Below are positions 38,383 through 46,823 of a stretch of 64,000 nucleotides of DNA, one piece after another. The first letter of the stretch is position 1. Every line of letters begins with the position of its first letter. Origin of the DNA: Bacillota bacterium (GTDB lineage Bacteria > Bacillota > Sulfobacillia > Fermentithermobacillales > Fermentithermobacillaceae); contig JAXGOJ010000007.1 in NCBI GenBank assembly GCA_040767525.1, positions 825 through 64,824 on the forward strand, written 5' to 3'. The notes beneath the pieces were generated by a model. The model worked only from the letters and a program-made list of their open reading frames with translations. It did no database searches and was not told where the DNA came from. A program made the position numbers and the translations under genes.

Positions 38383-41300
38383 CTGACACAGCCTCCCGTA
38401 AAGCCGCCTCCTAAATTCACCTTCTGCTCGCCTGCAATCTCAGGATAATCGTGGCAGGTGAACACTATCACCTGGTAAACATCGGAAATCTGTTTCAGTG
38501 CCTCTATTCCTGCCTGCCGGCGGGCTGGATCAAAGTGTACGAATGGGTCATCCATGATAACCGGCGGGCACTTCCCCTGGGACATAAGATCTGCAACAGC
38601 AAGGCGCACTGCCAAAAGCACCTGATCAGCTGTGCCCGTGGAAAGAAGGCTTCTTTCCTGAAGTGCGTCAATGGGCCATCCCCGGGATTCGGAATACAAT
38701 AAGGGGCTCAGATCCTCGGATAAATCCATCCTCGAGTACCTCCCGGCAGTCATGTGCCCTATGTACTTCGAAGAAGCCTGTGACAAAAGATCAAACATAC
38801 CTGACACTGCCCTGGTTCGCGCTTCAGGGAGAGTGTCCCTGAGTATCTCAAGTATCTGATACTCCCGTTCAATATGCGCCAGGTGTCTTTTGGCCTCCTC
38901 AAGTTCCTCGGTTACGCCGGCGATATCCTCAGCCCCCTGGGTAACAACTTGAGCCGTGGCTTCAGCCATAGTCTTATCCTTGTTGAGCTGATCCCGCAAT
39001 GCCCTTTTTGCATCAAGCTCGAGTTCTTTTTCAACGATTTGCTCAGGCAGCATCTTGTAAGCAAGGGTATCCTGCAATTCCTTATTTGCCGGCGCCAACC
39101 TGGCAAGAATCCCGGTTTCCTTTTCCGCCAGCTGTTCCGGATCTATTGCACTTAATTTGCCCAAAATCTGATCCCTTTCACTTTGCTTGCTCTTGAGATC
39201 TTGCTCTGTATTACGAAGTTGCCCTTCCAGGTCCCCAGGCAGCACGCCTTTGGCAAGAATGCGTCTTTCTTCCTCTTCAAGGGCTGTTAGCTTTTGCTTA
39301 AGAATGCCGATATCCCTATTCAGCGTGTCGATAGATTTATCGCCAAGAAGGTCGCCTGCCCTCGACTTCCTGTCCTGAATAGCCTTGTTCAAATCAAACA
39401 GGGTATTCCTTTTGGCCACCATGTCCTCGACTGATGTACACCCGGCTTCTGCGGCTAACACCACAATGGAGGTTTCAAGGGACCGGACCTCTTGTTCTTT
39501 CTTCTCCAGGGCTAGGCCGTCAATGGAACCGTTGAGTTTTGCAATGGCCTGTGCTTCGTCCTGCAACTCACGCTTAATATTTTGAAGAGCCTTTTCGATT
39601 TCTGAAATCTGCCGCGTCTCCAATTCTTCCTGTTCCATACCCAACTCAACAAGGCTATCAGATACAGACAATTTGAGCCTTCCGGCTTCCTTGCCAAGTG
39701 ATGCGGTTATTTTCTTAGCCGTTATACAAAGATCCTTAGGAGATTCATGGCCCTCAAGGTCATCAATTGCTGCAACCAAACTGCCCAAATTCTGATGGGC
39801 CCCGGCAACTTCAGATTGGGCTTCTCTATACTTATCAAGAGCTTCTGAAAGGGCCAGTGAGCTCTTGGCACCGTAACAATTCAGGATATTGTTTAGTTTG
39901 CTTTCTGCCTCTTTTCTCCTGGCGAAGAACTCTTCTGCATCAGCTGTATTGACTTTTAAATCCATGATTTGAGGAATCTTAACTTCAATACGCTTAAGCG
40001 CAGAGAACTCTGAGATCCCGGGTTCAATATCTATGGCCAGGTTATCATCGACAGACAGTTGGCCCCTGGCCGCAGCTCCAGGTATTGCACTAACTTCCAC
40101 ATTAAGGCCTGCAGGCGCTTTGCCCATGGCCGCTACCTCAGCAGACAGCCTGGTTGCTTCTCGAACATCCTGCTCAGATACACGGGCAAGCCCGGCAAGT
40201 GCGCGCCTGCTGTTCTCATAACCCTCGACTGCCGGCTCAATCTTGCCTATCCAGGATGATACCAAACTCAGCCGCTCATGTAGATTCTTGGCTCCAAGGA
40301 GTTTTGAAAGCCACGATTCCCTGGCAGACTTCTTCTCCATCGCCTGGGTATGAGTATCAAGTTCGTTTTTAACTGCTCTAAGGTTTTCCCGTCCTCTGCC
40401 AGTACTTGCTTGTAGTGCAAAAGGGTTCGGTGAAGATTCTCGGCCTTATTTACCTTCTCCGGGCCTGTCAAGGCCAGGCTCTTGGCCTTCTTTTCAGCAT
40501 CTTCCGCCTCTTTAAGCAGATTCTGTGCCTTCCGGCTAATCTCCGAAAACCGTTCCACCTCTGCCGCAATAGAGGCAGTCTCGCGTTCAATCTCAGCTAA
40601 GCGATGCTTACGTATATTTTTCTCTTTGAGTTTGTCCAAGGTCTCAGCCAGGGTTTGGATTTCAGGCTCTATTTCATCAAGCCGTTTCTCAAGGCCCTCC
40701 CGGACATGCTTTTGATCATACACACTTTTTAATTCCTTACTCTCCCGGTCGTATGTATCCATGGCAGATGCGTGTCTTTTGGCCTTATCAAGTGCCTCTT
40801 CAAGAATACCGATGTCCCTGTTGAGTTTTTCCATCTGTTGACAAAGTTCCAGGGCCCTTGTTCTTGCCTCCTGGCCTCGTTTGACCTCTAGTTCTACATC
40901 AATAAGCTTCCCTTCAAGCTCCGAAACCCGGTTACGGGCTAGAGTAAGCTCCCCCTGGCGGGACCCGCCCCTCTTGCCTGCTTTGAGATCGCTCATTTTC
41001 TTACCGGCATCACCGGCCAGTTTCATTACGTCAACGCCTCCGCCAACAACCCGGTTCTCTATGAGTTTCTTTAGATCGTTTCGGCCGGAAGCCAGCTCAT
41101 CCTGAAGCACACAAACACTGGCTGTATAAGCGGCTTCAGCACCTTCTTTGGGAACCCCCAATAGTCCGGCTATGATCTCGGAGATCCTGTGCTTATCCCG
41201 ATCACTTGTACCGTCAGGTTTTTTCAGTATGTTTCGTCCCGTGTCAAAGTCCCTGATGATCTCCCATTGGCCGTCCTGATTTTCCAGAGTGAGTTCGATT

Positions 41301-41520
41301 CTAAAACCTTCGTCCCTACCCCATCTGGTGAGTTGTCGAACATCCTGCCGGGTAGTACCTGCATCAGTGAAAAGGCCCAGTTGAATTGCCTTCATTATCC
41401 CTGTTTTGCCCGACTCATTTGGGCCGCAGATAAAGACGAGCCCGGAGGGAATGTCAAGAGTATAGTCCTCAAACGACCGGAACCCTACCATCCTAATCCG
41501 CTTTATTCGGATTGAACCAT
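38379..41520 (-). CDS. YhaN/SbcC-like SMC-type AAA ATPase (about 1045 aa) with a long coiled coil; frame breaks near 40366 and 41511
   Basis: N-terminal ORF 40268-41653 carries the Walker A FICGPNESGKTG. C-terminal ORF 38379-40340 carries the signature LSTGTADQVLLAVRLAV and Walker B PVIMDDPFVHFD. The junction ...EQLK(N)ELDTHTQAMEKKSARESW is restored by one extra base in TTTTT 40366-40370. The probable start is ATG 41520 (MVQ-IRIKRIRMVGFRSF). Confidence 0.75.
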
Positions 41521-41549
41521 TGCTTGAGACATTGCCCGGACAGCGGTGC

Positions 41550-42977
41550 CTAAGCGGGAACCTGAACCTGTGCTCGACCCTGTACCCGAACCTGTGTCCG
41601 CACCGCTGGCTGGCCATTGCCCGAGCATTCGCCTTGGGAACCGTTCTGCCCAATTAAACCCCTTGCTGAAGACTGGACAGGACAGATGTTCTGCCCACTG
41701 GGCAGACAGCCACCGGTATCCCAGGGATCTTTGTGTTCAGAGTTGATGCTCTCTCTTTCTACGCTGCTCATCTTATCCCCGCCTTCCCTGAAAGGTACTG
41801 AGCCCCTCGTCTGAGTGCTTCCTGAAGAATCATCTTCTCTTCCGGGCTCTGGCTGTTCAATTTTCTCAACCATGATTTCGTGAAATGCCCGGTAAACCGA
41901 GTTCGGAGGAAACTGGCCGGAAGCAGGTTCATAAAAGGTGAGCCTGCTTATGTCAACTTCAACGAAGAAGAAGTTGGGCTCCAGCTGTTCTGTGAGATCA
42001 TCAACAAGATCGTCGGCACTAAGGCCTGCTGTCCAATCAAAGCAAGCCGGATTGTCGACGTTAGTGCCGCCTGGGCTGCCTCCTTCGCCAAAACTCAAGC
42101 TGCCCCTGAGTTCCAGACGCAAAAGGGTATTCGGGCCGGCTTCTTGATTGGCACTGCTTACAATCGCATTCATATCCGGCACAAGGCTCACATCTATGCC
42201 GAGTTTGACCCACCTGTGTGTGCCCACTGTCTTTTCCTCAGTTGTAAAGGCAGGGCCAAGGGACACCAGGGTCACTGAGCCGGGCGAAGGCATATCGTCG
42301 AACTCCGACGTCTCAGGAGGGCCACAGTAAAGGGCCTTTGGAGTTCCCTGGGGGGGCCAGGCTTGCCGCTTGTGCCAGTGGCCCATGGCAATATAGTCAA
42401 AAGGGCTCGATGCAATTTCATCCAGATTTATAAGGGGTTCGTCAGGATCAATGGATAAGCCGGGCACGTTTACCGAGGCGTGAACAACGGCAACCTTATA
42501 CTTAACCTCACTTCTTAAAGCCAGGGCCGAAAGCCGCCTGAGCGGGCGATCTCCTCCCTTTTTTGTGGTATTGGCAACAGCAAACACCGCTACGTCAGGT
42601 ACTGGGTGAAACTCAGCAGGTTCCTCCGGGATTACCGTTACGTTTTGAGGCAAAACCGGTGAACCGAGTATGGTGCGGTAAACAGATGCCGAATCAAATA
42701 CGTCGTGTGTACCTGGTTGTATGTAGACGGGAACCGGCGCTATGGAGGCAAACCAGTTCATCACGTCCTTTACAAGCCGGCTGGAAACAGAGTTGGCATC
42801 AAACAAATCCCCGGCAATAACAAGGAAATCTGAACGGGTCTGCCTCACTACATCCATTATGTTTCTGAGAGATTGGAGTTGGGCTTTCCTTAATTCTTTG
42901 CCCAGTCTTCCCAACCTGCGAAAAGGCCTTCCCAGATGAAGGTCTCCTGTATGGATGAAAGACGGCACCTTGATCAT
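41550..42977 (-). CDS. YhaO/SbcD-like metallophosphoesterase (DNA repair exonuclease family); the last ~75 codons of this ORF are probably not part of it
   Basis: N-terminal FIHTGDLHLGRPF, then VIAGDLFD and GHWHKRQ phosphoesterase motifs. After about 41850 an alternative frame reads SPEEKMILQEALRRGAQYLSGKAGIR and stops at TGA 41768-41770. That TGA overlaps an ATG (41771) which opens the remaining 73 codons. Confidence 0.75.
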   Translation of the reverse strand: MIKVPSFIHTGDLHLGRPFRRLGRLGKELRKAQLQSLRNIMDVVRQTRSDFLVIAGDLFDANSVSSRLVKDVMNWFASIAPVPVYIQPGTHDVFDSASVYRTILGSPVLPQNVTVIPEEPAEFHPVPDVAVFAVANTTKKGGDRPLRRLSALALRSEVKYKVAVVHASVNVPGLSIDPDEPLINLDEIASSPFDYIAMGHWHKRQAWPPQGTPKALYCGPPETSEFDDMPSPGSVTLVSLGPAFTTEEKTVGTHRWVKLGIDVSLVPDMNAIVSSANQEAGPNTLLRLELRGSLSFGEGGSPGGTNVDNPACFDWTAGLSADDLVDDLTEQLEPNFFFVEVDISRLTFYEPASGQFPPNSVYRAFHEIMVEKIEQPEPGREDDSSGSTQTRGSVPFREGGDKMSSVERESINSEHKDPWDTGGCLPSGQNICPVQSSARGLIGQNGSQGECSGNGQPAVRTQVRVQGRAQVQVPA

Positions 42978-43302
42978 CCTCTCGATTTTGGTCTTTCTGT
43001 TTTAAGAACCCACGGCCTTGATGGGGCCAGATAAGGGCCTGAGGTTTGGCAATATGCGTATTCTTTTGTGTAATTCAACTGCTAGACGACTATTGTCTGA
43101 TATGGTTCTCGCCTCTTGGAATATGTTCGACTACTTCATGGGGAATTCCTGTAGTCAGGTGCAATCTGTGTGCCCCATTTGCCCTGTTACATGGACCGGC
43201 TTGACGCTTTGGCATACGTCCAGGCAACTTTTATTATGTGATTAAAATGCAGTGTTACAGGTAATCCGGACAGTCTCACGCTTACAGCTGTCAATGGCCG
43301 AT

Positions 43303-43415
43303 AACACACTGCCGAGTAACATACTGCCCGGTAACACACTGCTGAGTAACATACTACCCGGTAATACACTGTTCGGTTACGCACAGCCCCGCAATACACT
43401 GTTCGATTACGCTGG
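43303..43415. repeat. 15-nt tandem repeat x 7.5 (30-nt super-period)
   Basis: AACACACTGCCGAGT / AACATACTGCCCGGT / AACACACTGCTGAGT / AACATACTACCCGGT / AATACACTGTTCGGT / TACGCACAGCCCCGC / AATACACTGTTCGAT / TACGCTGG. It ends at the predicted -35 region of mscL. Confidence 0.85.
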
Positions 43416-43444
43416 ATTTTCTTGTTCAAAACTTGTGTTATACT
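43405..43444 (+). promoter_or_regulatory. Putative extended -10 promoter of mscL
   Basis: TGtTATACT at 43436-43444, about 60 nt upstream of the GTG start. The -35 is poor. Confidence 0.35.
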
Positions 43445-43504
43445 AAAGATCATTATGTCTGGCATACCCTTAACCAAGCCGGACATTGAACGGAGGAGCA
43501 GCCT

Positions 43505-43954
43505 GTGTGGAAAGAGTTTAAGGAATTTGCTGCAAAAGGAAACGTTGTGGACCTGGCTATAGGTGTCATCATCGGTGGCGCATTCGGCAAAATCGTCACT
43601 TCTTTGGTTAACGATTTGATTATGCCCCTGATTTCACAGATAACCGGAAAAGTTGATTTTACCAACATGTTCCTGGCTTTAGATGGCAACCATTACCCCA
43701 CTCTTGAAGAAGCTAAAGCAGTAGGTGCAGCAACCCTCAATTACGGAAACTTTATCACTGCCATAGTAGACTTTTTGATCATTGCTTTTTCGCTCTTTCT
43801 AATCGTAAGGCAGGTAAATCGGGTAAGGGCTATTACGTCCCCGGCTGTTGCTGCAAAACCGGCTGTACCAACTACTAAAATTTGTCCTTTCTGTCAAAGC
43901 GAGATACCTATCAAGGCAGTTAAGTGCGCCTATTGCACCGCTGATTTGAACTGA
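43505..43954 (+). CDS. mscL: Large-conductance mechanosensitive channel with a C-terminal CxxC...CxxC extension
   Basis: [42 protein letters not shown] is the MscL TM1 signature. The tail is [25 protein letters not shown]. Confidence 0.9.
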   Translation: MWKEFKEFAAKGNVVDLAIGVIIGGAFGKIVTSLVNDLIMPLISQITGKVDFTNMFLALDGNHYPTLEEAKAVGAATLNYGNFITAIVDFLIIAFSLFLIVRQVNRVRAITSPAVAAKPAVPTTKICPFCQSEIPIKAVKCAYCTADLN

Positions 43955-44290
43955 GTTTACTCTGAAGGTTCGTCTAATTGTTGCCTTACCGGGCAGGCCT
44001 CTATGCAACTTGAATTTCACAAAGCCGGCCTGCCTGGTATATTTCGGGTGTGTTCCGGGTATTTCCGAAACCTTGCAGCCTTTTTTGAACCAATCGAAGG
44101 GCACACTGTAACTAATCTCATCCAAATCTTAGGCCGATGTTGCTCAATACCAGCAAGAAACATTAATAACAATACCGAAAGGGCCAGCAAACAGTTGATC
44201 ATCCAAACCCTTCTATAAAACTATCTAACAATGGATGCTTGATGCCCTTAGGCTACCTCTTCTGAGTACCTGTGCTAAGTACCTGAAGTT

Positions 44291-45304
44291 TCACTTTTGA
44301 TGCGTCATAGTATCTTTCGCCTTCAAAACCCATTCCGGGTCCCTTAAAAGAGCCCTGCCAATACCAATGAGATCGGCCTTTCCTTCTCTTAGGATGTTTT
44401 CTGCCAAAATAGGATCGGTTATGCCTCCGGTTACCAGAACCGGAATATCAACCTTCTTCTTTATCGTCGAAGCAGCGGGGGCAAAGTATCCAGGTGCTGC
44501 ATCTTTTGGACGTGAACCGGCAAAAGCGCCGGATACATCAATAACTGATAAACCTGCTTTTTGCAGCATAAACGCCACTTTGGCAGCGTCTTCCGGCACA
44601 ATGCCACCTTCAATACCGTCTACGCTTCCAAGGCGCACCAGCACCGGAAAGTCCCCGCCGGTTCGCGCCTTCACTGCCTCAACTACCTCAAGCAAAAAGC
44701 GGGCCCGATTTTCCAGGCTTCCACCATAGACATCATTGCGTTTGTTGGTAAGGGGCGAGAGAAACTGTGTGAGAAGATAACTATGGGCAGAGTGAATTTC
44801 TACTGCCTGAAACCCGGCTTTCCTTACTCTCTCTGCCGCACGCGCGAAATCTTCCACTGTTGCGGCAATGTCATGAATTCCCATTGGTTTAGGTTTTCTT
44901 TCCTGGTTCGGCACAGGAATATCTGAAGGGCCCAGGGGTTCCTGGCCTGTCACACTTGAATTTCCCGCGGCGCCTACGTGGTTGATTTGAAGCACTGCCA
45001 CTGCGCCCCCTTTCTTGATTGCACTGGCAAGGGCCTTGAACTCGGGAATTACCTCATCACGGTCTATTCCCAGTTGGCCCCGGTGAGCCTTCCCTTGTCT
45101 CGAAATATAGGTGTGTTCCACAATGATCATGCCCACACCGTGTTTCGACCGTTGTTCATAATGGGCAATGGTTGCCTCACCTGGAACTCCGTCATCCTTC
45201 TGGGAGCCGCCAGGACCTTCAAAAGCAGTAGCCATGGGAGGCATCACAATTCTATTTCTCAGGGTGAGGCCTTTAAACGAAATCGGGGAAAACAGCATAG
45301 ACAT
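44291..45304 (-). CDS. Old-Yellow-Enzyme family NADH:flavin oxidoreductase
   Basis: LFSPISFKGLTLRNRIVMPPMAT, EIHSAHSYLLTQFLSP and IGIGRALLRDPEW, typical of the OYE TIM barrel. Confidence 0.85.
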   Translation of the reverse strand: MSMLFSPISFKGLTLRNRIVMPPMATAFEGPGGSQKDDGVPGEATIAHYEQRSKHGVGMIIVEHTYISRQGKAHRGQLGIDRDEVIPEFKALASAIKKGGAVAVLQINHVGAAGNSSVTGQEPLGPSDIPVPNQERKPKPMGIHDIAATVEDFARAAERVRKAGFQAVEIHSAHSYLLTQFLSPLTNKRNDVYGGSLENRARFLLEVVEAVKARTGGDFPVLVRLGSVDGIEGGIVPEDAAKVAFMLQKAGLSVIDVSGAFAGSRPKDAAPGYFAPAASTIKKKVDIPVLVTGGITDPILAENILREGKADLIGIGRALLRDPEWVLKAKDTMTHQK

Positions 45305-45680
45305 TACAGTCTGCTCCTTTCATTGTTTGCAAGTTCCAATTTCATGAAGTCTCTGTATAATCTCTTATCTCAGGTTGTGATCTTTCGTTGCGCAAATATC
45401 AATTTCATAAATCCTCTGCCGTCAACGCTAATTCAGCTGAATTCAGCCGGAAACACTTTATATCATTTTCAAAGGTAGTATACCAGGAACTGCCCGGTTG
45501 CAGAGCTTGGAGATTGTGGGGTCCATAAGTGGATGTGCCGATTGTAGGTAATTACGCATTGGAGGATGCCGGTATTGTTTTGGCCGGAAGCAACCAAGCC
45601 AACCAGGAAAAGGCCGGGCTCAAGAAGGAAAGGAGATAGCACAGGAGCTTTTTGCGATATACTCTGTTTGGAGGTATTGT

Positions 45681-46136
45681 ATGAAAGTTTGGGTGGATGC
45701 AGACGCTTGCCCGCGTAACGTGATGCGTTTTCTCAAGGCAAGCCAGGCCAATTTGGGCTATGGCCTGGTGACCATTTCTACCAGCAACCATATGTTAGAC
45801 GGTGAACACCATATTACCGTAGATCCTGAACCACAACGGGTAGATCTGGCCATCGCCAATCAAGTACAGCAGGGTGATATTGTCGTGACCCAGGACTGGG
45901 GCCTTGCAGCGGTTGTTCTGGGAAAGAAGGCACGTGCCATTGCGCCCAGCGGGCTGATTTACACCAACGACCGGATCCCGTTTATGCTGGAACAAAGAAA
46001 CCTTCTGGCCCGTCACCGCCGGGGCGGCGGGCGTACAAAAGGTCCTGCAGCCCGAACAAGTACCGACGATGAGCGGTTTCAGCAGTCTTTCCTGCGTTTG
46101 TTGCGGGCCTCACGTGAAGATCCCAACAACTATTGA
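45681..46136 (+). CDS. yaiI: UPF0178 / YaiI-family protein (DUF188)
   Basis: MKVWVDADACPRNV...GDIVVTQDWGLAAVVLGKKARAIAPSG, the family-typical N-terminus and DxGLA core. Confidence 0.8.
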   Translation: MKVWVDADACPRNVMRFLKASQANLGYGLVTISTSNHMLDGEHHITVDPEPQRVDLAIANQVQQGDIVVTQDWGLAAVVLGKKARAIAPSGLIYTNDRIPFMLEQRNLLARHRRGGGRTKGPAARTSTDDERFQQSFLRLLRASREDPNNY

Positions 46137-46167
46137 AATCCTTGCGGATTACAGGGGTCGTGTTGGA

Positions 46168-46433
46168 CTGCAGGTACCGGCTCGAGCGTCGTACGGGAAT
46201 GCAGGTGCTGACCCAGATGTCCTCCAAGAATACAGGCACCGACCCAGGTGCCGTCCAAAACTGCAGGTGCCAACCTGAGCGTCGTTCAGGAACACAGGTG
46301 CTGACCCAGATGTCCTCCGAAAATACAGGCACCAACCCAGGTGCCGTCCAAAACTGCAGCTGCCAACCCACGTGCCGTCCAAGACTGCACGCACCAACCC
46401 AGATGCCGCTCAAAACTGCAGGTACCACTGAGA
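46168..46433. repeat. Tandem repeat of about 31 nt x 8.5, organised as a 93-nt higher-order repeat
   Basis: Unit consensus approximately CAGGTGCCAACCCAGGTGCCGTCCAAAACTG. The 93-nt period is shown by CAGGTGCTGACCCAGATGTCCTCC at 46202 and 46295. Stop-free in five of six frames, which generates ORFs 45982-46428, 46069-46278, 46133-46444, 46149-46397 and 46341-46559. Confidence 0.85.
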
Positions 46434-46823
46434 ATGTATCTTAAACGAATAAGTTGTGAATCTCCTGTCGCTTTGCAGGAAATAGTCCCAATAACCTCCG
46501 CTGGTTTTCATAAAATCAACAGATCAACCAGAACGCTACGCAAACACTCTAATCATTAACCATGCAAACATCTACACGGACATCGCCGGGAACCACCAAA
46601 GTTGTTTTCGAGTCTATGTAGCTATAGTGTGAAGATATAAGATCGTAAGAAGCGGAGCAGTTCTGTAACACAAACTTGGCCCATTGAATTTGGCGCCCTG
46701 ATCTTACATATTAGTATTAGATTAGTACTAGAAGCCTTGATCGGACTCTTAAGTTAGGCAGTTCCGGTTGTTAATTGGTGCACAAGAGAAGTGCAAGTAA
46801 TGTGATCCAGAGGAGAGACTTGG

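Noticed and set aside
43252-43446. 64-aa ORF encoding NTLPS/NILPG-type pentamers as a pentapeptide-repeat protein
   Set aside because: There is no Shine-Dalgarno sequence. The repeat pattern does not fit the A(D/N)LXX consensus. The opposite strand is equally open. A DNA-level 15-nt repeat explains it.
45430-45443. Perfect 14-bp palindrome AATTCAGCTGAATT upstream of the OYE gene as a regulator site
   Set aside because: Several perfect 14-bp palindromes are expected by chance in a window of this size (about 64000 x 4^-7). It is a single occurrence.
46168-46433. Possible CRISPR array, because the repeats are about 31 nt long
   Set aside because: The repeat units are contiguous with no unique spacers (period 31 nt, not 60-75 nt), and no cas genes are in the window. 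It is a tandem minisatellite.
45982-46559. Five overlapping ORFs on both strands (45982-46428, 46069-46278, 46133-46444, 46149-46397, 46341-46559) as real genes
   Set aside because: All of them are by-products of a stop-free repeat. None has an RBS. They are mutually exclusive, and their peptide 'repeats' simply mirror the 93-nt DNA period.
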